Numbered from the stretch's first letter, positions 27,293 to 40,979 are shown. The stretch is DNA of 64,000 nucleotides from Octopus vulgaris (GCA_951406725.2 OX597817.1:38626001-38690000), one strand, 5' to 3'. Program-made: numbers and translations. The notes: generated by a model not told the origin, from the sequence alone.

Positions 27293-28298
27293 TCCTCTCT
27301 CTCTATCACATATACACACATTACTATATATATATATATATATATATTACTTATTTCACCCATGTGGCTGTGGTCATGCTGGAGCACCACCATGGTCTTT
27401 CTCATTCCCTTGTTATATATATTTCTGTATGCCTATATATGCACAATGCATAGTTTAGTGGTTAGGCTGTTGCACACATAATGGTAAAGATTGTGATTTT
27501 GATTCATGGACTAGAAGTGTTGTGTTCTTGAGCAAAACAGTTCATTTCACATTGGTCCAGTTCACTCATCGGACAAAAATAAGGTATCCTGCAAAGGACT
27601 GGTGTCCTGTCCAGAGAAGGAATATATATGCCAGAAAATCCAGAAAACTGACTTTATGAACCCCTACAGCTCTGGGAAGACCATTGATTCTTTGTATTGT
27701 TTATCCTCCTGTCCTCTCTTGTATCCCTAGCCTTTTCTCCAAATCCTTTCTCTCTCTCTCAATACATACATACACATATTATCATCATCATCATCATCAT
27801 CATCATCATTTGAAGCCCATTTTCTTATGTTTGTATAGACTGGAGGATGTCCCCAGTGCAGTGTCCCTCCATTAGTTGCTGTCTTTTGTCATCTCCTATA
27901 TATGGTTTATGTCCTCTTTTTTCTTCCTCTTCTACTAGTCTTTTCCCTTTGGATCTCTATCATTATCATTGTTGTTGTTAGCATGCTAGGAAAAATGTCT
28001 AGTGGCATTTCATCCATCTTTATGTTGTGAGTTCAATTCCACTCAGGTTAACTTTGCCTTTCATCCTTTCAAGGCCAATGGAGTACTGGGATTAATGCAA
28101 TCGGCTTACCAACTCTCCTGAAATTTCTGGCTTTGTACTGAAATTTGAAACCATTAATATTATTATTATGAATTTTTAAGTAATTTTAATTATTTCTTTA
28201 TTGCCCACAAGGATCTAAACATAGAGGGGACAAGCAAGGACAGACTAAGGGATTAAGTCGATTACATTGACGCCAGTGCGTAACTGGTACTTATTTAA

Positions 28299-28520
28299 CC
28301 CTTTCGTTACCAACCCGGCTGAAACCGGCTCTGGCTCTGTAGTACAAATGTCTTGTTTTCATTAGTTTTAAGTTAAAATCTTCCACCATACCTTAGTCAC
28401 AGTTTATGTTCCTAACACTAGCTTAATGATAACTAAGCTATTTTACTAAATCCTTTGTTATATTTATAATTAATTCAAAGAAACACTGAGCTTCTCAAAA
28501 TAAATACGGTAACGAAAGGG
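28299..28520. mobile_element. piggyBac-type MITE, same family as 1446-1659 in the opposite orientation, nested in a SINE
   Basis: TTAA TSDs and identical TIRs. The interior closely matches the reverse complement of the 1446 copy. Confidence 0.9.
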
Positions 28521-29687
28521 TTAATCAACCGCAAAAGGATGAAAGGCAAAATCAACCTCAGTGGAATTTGAACTGAGAACGTAGCGACAGACAAAATACC
28601 ACTAAGCATTTTGCCCGGTGTGCTAACGTTTCTGCCAGCTCACTGCCTTATTTTTAAGTAATTTTAATGACCACCTATCCACGCTTGAATGAGTCTGATG
28701 AAATTCTTTGAGGCAGGTTTTGTACAGCCTGATGCTCTTCCCGTTGCTAACCCTCATCTGTTTCCAAGCAGATCAATATTTCCCCTAGTTCTATGAACAT
28801 AGACAGCACAATGGTCAGGCATGTATTTGTATGTATAAATATCTGTGAACTACCTTGAAGTATTTACATCACTAAAAAGGAAGCAATTCTTTAATAACGG
28901 GTCTAATTCAAAAAGAATAATAAAAATCAGTTTATGTACTGGAGTCAATGTAATTGACAAAGCCATTGCCAAGTAGTGAGTGCCCCAGCATGACCACAGT
29001 CAAATTAACAGAAAAGAAAAACATGTTTATTGTTTCAAAGGTTTGATTTCCTATCTTCCCTCTTTTCTTTATTAATTTTTTAGTAGGGAATGTAATCAGC
29101 TGTGTAAGCCCATAGCAACATTTCTGAATATTTGTGACAATGACAAAAACACTAAGCCTGGAATTCAGCATCACACACCTTGAATTGACTAAATACAAGA
29201 TGTAAAAATTTAGCCACAATTTCTCCTGAATATGTGTTACATAATATGGCCCCTTAGCACCTTAAAACTCATAAAAACAAACTGGGAAACAATAGCATTA
29301 TAGAATAAATGTGTTTCTTTATCATGAGTCATGACATGCATGACCTCTAAAAGAATGTATTCCAGGTTAATCTGGTGTTTTTATATTGTCCCAAGCAATA
29401 ATTTCAGATTCCTTAAGGGGTTATATTTATTTGATTGTTTCTTTACTTATTTATATATTAATTTATATATTTATTGCTTTGTTGAAAGAGGAAGAAATTG
29501 CCTATGGCTTATGGTGGTCTTTTAGAAGGATCAGTGAGATGGTTAGAGAGAGAGAAAGAGAGAGATATAAGACAAGCACAGTTAATGTATAGATTAAAAG
29601 TTTAAGGCCATTGTATTGTGTTTGCTGTATGGGTATATATATATATAATTGTATGTATACATAATTGTATGTGTATATATATATATA

Positions 29688-31250
29688 CAGTGGCGGCCAA
29701 AATGTTCAGAACGGCATTGTTTTCGTCAGAAAATTAAGTATAAGTTTTTATCAAAGTAGTTTTATATTCTAATTTTCACAGACAATAAATACAATATTCA
29801 TTGTTATTGTCTGAGATTTTGGTGTAATTTGAGAGGATAATACAAAAGTTATGGATGATTTAGTGATTTACTGCAAAATACATGGCGGCCAAAATGATCC
29901 GAACGGTTGAAAAAATAACAAAATAATCAAAAATGACAGAGAATACTGGAATTATTTAATATTTAGAGTGAAGCCCTTTAGCTTCAATCACACTCTGACA
30001 TCTTTGACTGCACGAGGAAATTAAATTTTCAATTTCTTGCTGGGTGATCTTATTCCATTCTTCCTGAAGGGCATTCCATAATTGCTCAGTTGTTTTAGGA
30101 TTTCTGGCTTTCCAACGTTCTCCTAGAATATTCCATACATTTTCAATAGGATTGTGATCTGGGCTTTGAGCTGGCCAATCCATAACAATAACCTTTTCAG
30201 CCTTAAGGAAGTTCATGACCACCTTAGCCTTGTGACATGGGGCATTGTCCTGCATGAATATGGGTGGTCGCTTAGTTGAATTTCTCAGCACAGGCAAGAC
30301 ATAGTCTTTTACAAGTTGTTTATAAACTCCTGCATTTACCTTTCCATGTAATCGCACCAAAGGGCCCACACCATCTCCAGATATCATTCCCCAAACCATG
30401 ACACTTCCTCCACCGAATTTAACACTAGTCTTAAGGCATTTAGGCGACAATTTTTCACCTACTTTTCTACGAACGTACCTTTTCCCATCTGAGCCAAATA
30501 ACATAAACTTAGATTCATCACTGAAATGCACCGTTTGCCATTTTTCTTGAGACCACAACAAATGTTTGGTTGCAAAGGTAGGACGACACTTTTTATTCTT
30601 GGAGCTGATCAGTGGCTTCACTGCAGGTGCTCTTGCTTGTAGGTCATGTTCAACTAAACGACGAGACACAGTTTTTCGAGATAAAGTTTTCTTCAATACA
30701 ATGCTCATTTTCCGAGAAACAGCAGCAGCAGTTTTAAATCTGTCCTTTTAAACCAACTTTACCATAGCACGATCTTCTCTCTTGGTCGTTTTTCTTGGCC
30801 TACCTGTAAACTTTCTTGCTTCACACAAACCACAAATAGATCCAATACTTAAATTATCCTTCCTTCGAAGCTTAATAATCTGCTGACGAATTGGTAACGG
30901 AGTAAGTGGCATTATATTAACAAAGTACACTGCAAATATTCTTACTAATGTTTAGTAAACGAACCGTCACGTAAACAAATTCAAAACATTAGAGTTCGCC
31001 GGTTAAATATACTAAAACACGGAGTAAAAGCAACCGTTCTGATCATTTTGGCCGCCATGGGTTTTGCAGTAAATCACTAAATCATCCATAACTTTTGTAT
31101 TATCCTCTCAAATTACACCAAAATTTCAGGCAATAACAATATCGTATTTATTGTCTGTGAAAATTATAGAATATAAAACAACTTTGATAAAAAATTATAT
31201 CTACTTTTCTGATGAAAACAATGCTGTTCTGAACATTTTGGCCGCCACTG
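29688..31250 (-). mobile_element. Tc1-family DNA transposon (DD34E) with ~220-bp IR/DR-type terminal inverted repeats, inserted at TA
   Basis: Ends CAGTGGCGGCCAAAATGTTCAGAAC...GTTCTGAACATTTTGGCCGCCACTG are flanked by TA. TIRs span 29688-29909 and 31031-31250, each with an inner copy of TGGCGGCCAAAATG. A transposase lies between them. Confidence 0.96.
29956..30912 (-). pseudogene. Tc1 transposase, disrupted by an in-frame TAA at 30750-30748 and an apparently shortened N-terminal HTH
   Basis: MPLTPLPIRQQIIKL...GRPRKTT...KLV*KDRFKTAAAVSRKMSIV... continues in one frame into the 250-aa ORF. That ORF carries FSDESKF, VMVWG, FMQDNAPCH and WPAQSPDHNPIENVW, with 34 residues between the second D and the E. 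Confidence 0.93.
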
Positions 31251-31434
<184 letters not shown>

Positions 31435-33310
31435 GTGTGTATGTATGTACACTTGTACATTTTGTAAATTAGTGTTACTGCATTTTTTGCTTGCTTCAAC
31501 AATTCAACATCAGTTACGCTGGGGCACAACCTCCGAGGATTTTAATTGATTATTTTGAACCCCTAGTATATATTTCAGTCTGATGCTTATGTTGTTGATC
31601 TTTGTTTACACTCTTGGAATGGTTGGCATTAAGAAGAGCATCCAGCCATAGAAACCAAGCCAAAATAAAACTAGAACCTGGTGCAGCTCTCCAGCTTACT
31701 GGTTTCAGTCAAACCATCTAACCCATACCAGCATAGAAAGCAGACACTAAATGATGATGATGATATTTATCAAATCAGTAAAACACAACACTTCAAAACT
31801 TAAACACACATAGACACAGTAAAAGATACTTGCCCGAGATGGCAAATCAGACTTGTTAATCATATGCCCTATGTCTTGTGTTGGTTAAATTTTTTTGTAG
31901 AAAAGAGAGCTTAGTACATGTGGTAATTGACTCGTTATGCCAATTAGCCAGGTTACTCTGCTACTGTTGTTGTTGCTGCCACTGTCATAGTTGTTCCATT
32001 AGAAGTTCAATGTTACAATTTGAGTTTTAGTGCTGGAATGGCTTCTGTTTGAATTGACTTTCAGATTTGAAACTTCTGGATAGAACTTGGAGCAATGAGG
32101 ACTATACTTCATACAAGCTTGGTACAGCAATTTGCATACTATTTCAAATAAAGCCACACATAAAAATAATACTACTCTATTAGAACCAGTTTATTCCTTC
32201 ATTCATGTTTAGATTGTTAGATGAATGGTTTTCTGTCAGTTTTGGTGATGAAAATTTGGTTGTTCAACCAACTGAATTTCCTGTTCATTGTATCAACATG
32301 TAAGAGGTTGAGTATTCCTCTGACATACACACCCTTAAGATAATTCTCAGGCAGAATCAATGTGTTATGGTTGTACCTTTGAATTACAGGTATAACCCAT
32401 TCAACAGCCTTTCAAACAGTTTTTGTCTCCCCAATTTCACTTAGATGGTATGGATCAACCTGAAGCTCTAGAAAATAACTTTCCCAAAGTGCCTTACAGT
32501 AGGATCAAACCCAGGACCTGGTGGTTGCAAAGTTAACTTTTTAACTATTTAACCATACTACATCTGTGTAAGTTGAGTGAAAAAAAAATTATTTATCTTC
32601 TACTCTTGAAAAAGACATTGTATGTGAGGGGCTAATCCTGTCAACCAATGACTATGCTCTTAAGGAATATTAAATGCTGAATGGTTTCCAACAGGATATC
32701 ATTTCAAGACTCCCTAATGATGTGAGTTGTTTAAAGACAGACAAAACAATTTAAATAATTCTTTGTAGTTGGCAACAGTTCAGCTAGATAAATTCCCAGA
32801 AACTGATTTGTTAAGCTGATTAGGTTTATGAGTCTGGGGGGTCACAATAGGGCACAGCTTTGACTGACAAAATGTCAAAGATTCAAAGGTGCATCAAAAC
32901 TCCCAAAATCAAGAACTTGACAAATAGTAGGAAGTGTCGGAACTTGTCAAAGAAACATATTCTATAGCTGTTAGTCAGCTCTCTATTAAACTTGTGATGT
33001 TTGCTAAACCTGTTGAAATTGATATATGTGTGTTTGTGTATGTGTGGCTTTACCTATAGTGAATGTGGTGAGGACAGTTTAATAAAGCTTTCCTGGGACC
33101 TTGTGACATATTTGACCTGAAGTCAAAAGTTTTTGCTGAATCTCATCTCTCAGGTTACTTTCCTCTTATGACATGTTGGGTTTCACATATCCCTGGAGCC
33201 AATTGAACTAGGTGACTCATTTATGTCACTCTCAGCTATGAACAAAGCATTTTTCACACACATACACGTGTGTGTGTGGGTGGGTGGTTGGGGGAGGTTA
33301 TGTATGTATA

Positions 33311-33351
<41 letters not shown>

Positions 33352-33374
33352 TCACACCTGTACACATAAGTAGA

Positions 33375-33420
<46 letters not shown>

Positions 33421-34081
33421 ATCATCGTTTAACATACACACACACACACTCACACCTGTACATACATAAGTAGATGTATAAGTATGTATTACAATAATTA
33501 GATACCTTGCATACTTAATCTTATTGGGTCATTTTATTATTATTTTAATCTTTTCGACTTTTTCTTTTTCTTGAGTTTTTAAATCCCTTATTTTTTCAAC
33601 ACCCCACCCCTTGTTATTTTTTTATTATTATTATTATTGTTGGCAATATGCATCTGAGGCCCTGTACAGTGCCTTAAAATCATGTTTATATTACTATGTA
33701 ACTCAAACCATAATTGGTCAGTTATCTCAATATATATCTACATAGGCATTCAACTTATACACACATAGACCTAGATGCACATGTCCATACAGATGCACTA
33801 ACACACACACATCAAGAGAAATAGGAACTAAATTTATAAAGGATAAGGGCCTCTTCACCAAAGAAATGGAGTAATTATTTTGAAAACAATGAAACAGGTT
33901 CAATCTGACTTAGTCTTTTTGGGTCTAATGACAACATCAAAGATTACTCTTCATATATATTCATTTAGAATTATACTCTTGACACATTTTACTTCTCAGA
34001 CATGTATTTAAGGTGACTTCCATCTTTTTCACATTTTTCTCATATATATATGAGACAGTTGAAACACTCCTGTCACAACCT

Positions 34082-34125
34082 GGGACCTTGAAGACTGCTA
34101 TAATGCAAGAAAGTATACTAGTCCC
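34082..34125 (+). ncRNA. Variant/decayed minimal hammerhead motif
   Basis: GGGAC-CUUGAAGA-CUGC uauaau GCAA-GAAA-GUAUAC-UA/GUCCC. Helix I is a perfect 5 bp and helix III is the palindrome AGUAUACU, but the core has an extra U and a C.A pair closes helix II. Confidence 0.55.
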
Positions 34126-34338
34126 TTAATATTTTATATTTTATATTCAATATTTCATCTATTCAATACTTCATTTCATTTTACTATATATATATACATA
34201 CTATTTATACTATATATTCTATATTCTACATTAATATTATAAAGAATATAAATAAAACATAAAAAACAGAGTTGGAATTTCTTTGAATAATATATATCCC
34301 TCTATGCACAATCATACAAACCCCTTTATATACACTCA

Positions 34339-34384
<46 letters not shown>

Positions 34385-36093
34385 TATATTTGACTGTCCT
34401 TCCTATTGCCAGCCAGTGTAGGTTGAGTACAATCAGTACAGGATGTTGGCAACAAGATAAAGAGTCTCCCTTACATGTTTACTGCCTACATGTATCTGGG
34501 ACTCCCAAACTCTTTCATTTGTTCCATGTGTGTGTATGTATGTGTATAGGTGGGTGTGTAAACCTACATAGCAAAGATGCAAACATGTCAAATTTGCTAA
34601 TGTCATTTTTCAAGTGTCAATATAATAAAGTACCAATCAAGTACTGCGGTTGATGCTATCAGCTTACTCCCTTCCCTCAGTATATCTTACACATGTGAGG
34701 CACCCATGCCACTGACACGTAAAAGGCACCCACTACACTCTTGGAGTGGTTGGCATTAGGAAGGGCATCCGCTTGTAGAAACCAAACCAAACTAGAATGG
34801 AGCCTGGTACAGCTCTCCGGCTTACCAAATCCAGTCAAACCATCTAACCCATGCCAGGATGGATAAAAGACACTAAATGATGATGATGATGATGATGATA
34901 TATACATATGCACACACACACAAAACCCAAACAATACAATACCTGTGTGCTTGTTTATATGATCTGTGGACATAAAGAAGAAACAAGAAATGGTAACAAG
35001 TGAGTATTGTGTGTGTGTGTGTGTGTGTTTGTAATATTTTCCATTGAGGTTTTATATTTATTTTGTTTTCATTACCCATAATTCCAAGTAGTCATAGTTG
35101 CTGATTCATGTTGGAATAAAAATACAATAAGCAAGTATCCTATTATAAACTATTAACTTTAGTTGCAAGTAGTAATACATTTTTATGATGGCAGCCTGTA
35201 TAAAATGTAAAAATGTAAACTAGTGTCTTTCTTCTGTTCGTGGTGATAACAAAAGATTGGTTGCATAATTAGTGAGTAAATAAACTAGATTAGTGATTAG
35301 CTTTTGTTACTATGAGGACAATTGCATTTGGTTAAGCTTTAAAGGCAGTGATGTTTAACAAATTACCTGCTATAGCTATCTCTCTCTGTATATCTATGTA
35401 TCTATGTGTATAGCAGGGTGCAGTTGCAGGCATGGCAGTGTGGTTAAGAAGTTCGCTTCCCAATCACGTGGTTTTGGGTTCAGTCCTACAGTGTGGCACC
35501 TTTGGCAGTGTCTTCTGCATCAGCCCCAGGTCAATCAAATCTCTTGGGTGGATTTGCTAGATGGAAATTGAAAAAATCCCTATCATGTGCATGTGTTTGT
35601 GTCTACTTGTCTTGACATTGCTTGGTAGTTGTAAATGAGCATTATCTTCATACAAGCCTTCATTTCCAATCTTCGATTAAATCAGGGAGAAATATTACTT
35701 TACTTGGAAACACATGGGAGTTGGCAACAAGGAAGGGTGTCTAGTTATAGAAAATTTGCCTTAACGAATTCCATCCAACACATGCAAGCAATGTAAGTAA
35801 ACATTAAAACAATGATAACGATGATGATGTAAAATATTTATATTTATATTTACACACACACACATGTATATAGATATATACATAATCAAACTAAGTTCAT
35901 GGACAGAGGTAGCACAAAAAACACAAAGCTACCTGAAACTTTAAACAACAAAAAAATTTTTTTATTTAACAATGCATATTGTGTACTTTTCTAGATCAAA
36001 TATTACACCATGTGAATATATATTTAGCATGCACGTGAATTCCAGTTTGAGGATCAGTACACTGTGCTACTGTATATTGTAATTTATTGAAAT

Positions 36094-36157
36094 AAGGGTA
36101 CTTTGGGACACTGCAGTGTTTCAACCAAGTTGTGTCTCTTCAGTCAAAGCTACCCTT
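36094..36157 (-). ncRNA. Type I hammerhead ribozyme motif with extended helix I
   Basis: Minus strand: AAGGGUA-g-CUUUGA-CUGAAGA-GAC acaacuug GUU-GAAA-CACUGCAGU-GUC/CCAAAG-UACCCUU. Helix III is the 12-nt palindrome ACACUGCAGUGU. The first helix I pair is an A.C mismatch. Confidence 0.78.
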
Positions 36158-39100
36158 GAACCAATGAATCTAAACTAGAATTGTATCTCTTATGTATAGA
36201 ATTATTTGCTGACACATGCTGATTTCTGCCAATTTATGTCCTCGTGGAGGATTTAAAGATCAATATTAAATCCCTCACTAAGGGCAGTCAATAGCTGAAT
36301 CAACATTACACTTTCAGAGATGTACATGCTTGCTAAATGATTTGATCTGAGCCATGTGTTGAAATAAAAAGAATTAACAGTGTGGAAGGCACAAAAAGAT
36401 ACAAAAGCTGTTAAATTCAAATATGCATTTTTTTTATTTTACTTAGTGCCAAAATTTTTGTTGTGTTGCAGTGGAAACGTGTCAGTGACTAGGTCATAGT
36501 TGATACAGCAAAAATTTTGACACCAAGTGATAAATTATATTAAAAAAAAATTGAAGTGAAGTTAACTGTTTTTGTGTGTATTTTAATGGCAAATATGTGT
36601 CTTCTACAACATAACAGTGTTAGAAAAAGCTGGTCTGGGATGTTTGTTTTTGTTACATCTCTTTACATCTGCAAATTCTGCAGGGATTGGTTTTTATCTT
36701 TCTTAAGACAATTAAATACCAATAATATACTGGATGTCAGGACCTACTGTCAATGTAAGACAATATCAAATACTTGAGTACTAAAGTGTGTTTGTGTAAT
36801 TAGGGTGGCAAATTGGCAGAATACAAGGCAGTATTTAGTCCAGATCTTTGGCAGAATATATGGCAGTCATCATCATCATCATCATCATCGTTTAACGTCC
36901 GTTTTCCATGCTAGCATGGGTTGGACGGTTTGACCAGGGTCTGGGAAGCCAGGAGGCTACACCAGGCTCCAGTTTGATCTGGCAGTGTTTCTACAGCTGG
37001 ATGCCCTTCCCGGTGCCAACCACTCCGTGAGAGTAGTGGGTGCTTTTTACGTACAGTATTTATCCCAAATCTTTGGCAGTATTTATTCCAATAACACCAA
37101 CATTGACTTCAAATTTCATCCTTTCAGGGTCATTCAATAAAGAATCAGTCCTATATTGGTCTTATTTCTTCTCTTTCTGTCTATCAATCTGTTTCTTTTG
37201 AAAAGAAGCTGGCTAGAGAGGGATGGGCCCTTCCAGATCTAAACCTACCCAAGCTATCTATACCATATGTCATGACGGCACCCCCTACAACTCAATCAGG
37301 AATTGAGCACCCAAGGCAAGGGTAGCATGAGTGTATGTGTGTATGTGTAATTAATCAGAAATAACAAAATGACTGTCACTTCCAAAAGAGTCTTCAAACA
37401 TGATGATGTGTTTATATATGTGTGTGGGTGGGTGTATGTGTGTGTATGCATGTGCGTGTGCATGTTTATACACACACACACAATGTACATTTGTTTCTTT
37501 ATGCACATGTAATATTTATCTACACAGCTATTGGTATGTCTGTCTAACTGTATATAAATTTGACTCTACATGTCTAGGTATCTGTCTACATGTCTAGGTA
37601 TCTGTCTGAATCCCTTTTTTTCTCCCTCTCTCACACACACACCCACACACACACTCTCTCTCTCTCTCTCTATTTATCTCTATCCAGATCATAGATCTTA
37701 CTCCACTCCTTACAGGTGACTTTGTCTGTGTCTGTGGCACCAGACTTCACATGAAATGTGGTGGGGGGGGTGGAGGGTCGAGGACAACTTCCATGGTGGT
37801 CGTAGTGGAAGAAGGAAAAAAAGGGTAGAATGATGACTATGATGGCAGTGATAATAGTGGTGAGGTTAAGAGGTGGTTTGGAAATATTTTGTATGTTACA
37901 TACTGCTGCTGTTGGTGATGATGATGATGGTGGTTGGGGTGGTGGTGGTGGTGGTGATAGCAGTAGGAGCCGGTGGTGTTGTTAGTTTCTCAGTATGTAG
38001 CTTAGGAATGAAATCACTATGTTTTGACCTACTTCTACATATGTTTAGTTTTAACTACTGCCGGGCTTTCTGGCTCCAGCAACCCTGCTAGCAAAGGAGG
38101 ACGCTGACGAGGGGGCCTGGTGGGGGTAAAACTGATATCTACCAGCAAAACACTTTCATCATCATCATCATCAGCATCATAGTCATCATCACCGTTGTCA
38201 TTGTCATTATCATTGTCATCGCTATCATCATCATAGTCATCATCATCTACATTGTCATTGGCATCAGTTTTCTTTTCTCCCTCCACCTTTTTTTTTTTTT
38301 TTACTAAGTTTTCATACCATTCCTACACACATATATGCACCATTTTTTCGGCTTCTTCTTCCTCCTCTTCAACCACCCCCAGAAAATATTAAAAAATTTA
38401 TAAATTTTCAAAAAAAAAAAGTAACAACAGTGAAACACCAAAGGGAGTAAAGGAAATAAAAATAGAAAACATCAACAAATTTTACAGCATCAACTTATTC
38501 AACCACCCACCACCCATCTTTTCCCCCTCTCCTTCCTAGCTGTCTGTTCCAGATCCACCTTCCCCATGTCTGCCATTTTTTCTTATTACAGACTCTCTCT
38601 CTCTCTCTCTCCTTACCACCTACCTACTCCACCCAAGCATCCCAACATATCAACACCACCACTGCTAGCACCACATTCAAACACGGCTTCTACCCATTAC
38701 TATTAAGGAACTAATGTGTGTGTGTGTGTGTGTGTGCGCGCGTGCGTGCGTGTGAATGTGCATGTTTGTGTGTGGGTGTGTGTATCATGCATGTTTGTGT
38801 GATGCATGTATATGTGTCTGTCTACTGGTATGTAAACTTTGCTACACATGCACCCCTTGTGTTGCATTCTGTAAAAGAGATACTCTGAAAGTGTCAATTG
38901 CAAGAAAGATGGGTTGTTGTCCTTTTTTTCTGAAGTATGATATTTAGTTTTTTCTAGAAGGTGGTTGATAATACTGTTCACACCTCTCACTTGCAATGTC
39001 ATCTGAGAATGGAGGATAAAAAAAAAAATTTTAAGCGAAAAGGAGAAACTCTTCTTGTTTGTATATCTGCATTTAAAAGAAAGTGTGGAGAGTTTGTTTT

Positions 39101-39204
39101 ACAGATATTTGTCTTTTATCAATTATTTAATTGTTAGTTCCAGATCCACCCTCATTAAAAGCATTCCAGCCTTATTGGGATAGCTAGGTCTGCATTATCT
39201 AATG

Positions 39205-39332
39205 TAGCATTTCTGAACCGGGGTTCCCCAGAACCCTAGGGTTCTGTGAGAAAGAGTGAGATAAGCTAATGCTAATTTCATGATTGTAATATTACTATAC
39301 CTGCACAATATATTATTGGTTATTGTAATATT

Positions 39333-39389
<57 letters not shown>

Positions 39390-39757
39390 TCATCATCATC
39401 GTTTAATGTCCGCTTTCCATGCTAGCATGGGTTGGACGATTTGACTGAGGTGTGGCGAATAAGATGGCTGCACCAGACTTCAATCTGATCTGGCAAAGTT
39501 TCTACAGCTGGATGCCCTTCCTAACACCAACCACTCTGAGAGTGTAGTGGGTGCTTTTACATGCCACCGGCACGAGGGCCAGTAAGATGGTACTGGCAAC
39601 AGCCACGCTATACACACACATATAATATTTACCATGTGAACTACGATGAAAAAAAATATGAGAAAGATATGGCATATAATTTTTTTGTTCAGAGGTTCCT
39701 TGAGACATGTTATTTATTTTAAGGGTTACACAAGAGTAAAAAGGTTGAGAAACACTG
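39205..39757. mobile_element. hAT (Charlie-like) MITE carrying a nested (TA)n tract and SINE
   Basis: Ends TAGCATTTCTGAACC / GGTTGAGAAACACTG, TSD atctaatg/atctgata (6/8 match) and GGTTCC/GAACC subterminal motifs. Confidence 0.7.
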
Positions 39758-39989
39758 ATCTGATATGTGCTTCTCTTTTTTAAAAAGATAATGGAGGTGT
39801 ATGATTTGATCAATTCATTTGGCTGTTGTTGTTTTTTTCTTGTAGCTTAGGTGACTATGAAGAGGTCCCCTCACTTGGTTTATTTTGTTGTTCTTGTAGT
39901 TGGAGGCAGAAAAGGATTATGAGGGGACCCAGTGGGGATGGGGTAACATGTGCTTGTAAAACACTTTCATCATCATCATTGTCATAACC

Positions 39990-40305
39990 ATTATCATGCC
40001 GGTGGCACGTGGCACCATCCGTTTGTGGCCGTTGCCAGCCTCGCCTGGCCCCCGTGCCGGTGGCACGTAAAAGCACCATCCGTTCGTGGCCGTTTGCCAG
40101 CTCCGTCTGGCACCTGTGCGGGTGGCACGTAAAAAGCACCCATTACACTCACGGAGTGGTTGGCATTAGGAAGGGCATCCAGCCGTAGAAACACTGCCAG
40201 ATCTGACTGGGCCTGATGCAGCCTTCTGGCTTCACAGACCCCAGTTGAACCGTCCAACCCATGCTAGCATGGAAAGCGGACACTAAATGATGATGATGAT
40301 GATGA
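39990..40305 (+). mobile_element. Retroposon family C with a (GAT)n tail (RTE-type 3' end), representative copy
   Basis: GTGGTTGGCATTAGGAAGGGCATCCAGC...CCAACCCATGCTAGCATGGAAAG...TAAA(TGA)n. Variably 5'-truncated copies lie near 12520(-), 13585(-), 31610, 34700, 36870(-), 39388(-), 44255(-), 46850(-), 53010 and 62210. Confidence 0.85.
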
Positions 40306-40783
40306 TTACTTGTGAAAAAAAGTACATTCATCAAAGTTCTCAAAAGTGAGAGACAAATGATATGTAACACAGGAAAGCAGGTTCAGAAATAATTGCAGGA
40401 CAAATAATAATAATAGTTTGTTGTAAAGGCACAAAGCTCAAATCAGTGACACGACAGAAGAGTTAGTTATCTCAATCCCTAGTACTTGACTAGTATTTTA
40501 TTCTATTAAGCCCAAAAGGCCATATGACAAAGCCGACTCAGTGGGATTTGACTCAGAAAGTGAAGAACTTAGCAAGGTATTCTTTTTGTTTGATACTCTA
40601 TATGACCCTCGGGGGTCAATATAAGGTAAATGGCTGTGTGGGAAGTAGCTTGCTTACCAACTACATGGTTCCGGGTTCAGTCCCACTGTGTGGCACCTTG
40701 GACAAGTGTCTTCTACTATAGCCTCAGGCCGACCAAAGCCTTGTGAGTGGATTTGGTAGACAGAAACTGAAAGAAGCCCATCG

Positions 40784-40817
<34 letters not shown>

Positions 40818-40979
40818 TGTATATATATATATATGTATGTATGTATATATATAATATATATGTATGTATGTATATATATAATATATATGTATGTATGTAT
40901 ATATATAATATATATGTATGTATGTATATATATAATATATATGTATGTATATATATATTTATATAATATATATGTATAT

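Noticed and set aside
37565-37607. Tandem 20-bp duplication TCTACATGTCTAGGTATCTG
   Set aside because: A simple local slippage duplication with only two units and no spacers, so it is not an array or CRISPR.
38100-38135. CTGACGAG in a GC-rich island
   Set aside because: No downstream GAAA or helix II/III, so it is not a hammerhead. The isolated CTGATGA hits near 8585, 28696 and 61897 fail in the same way.
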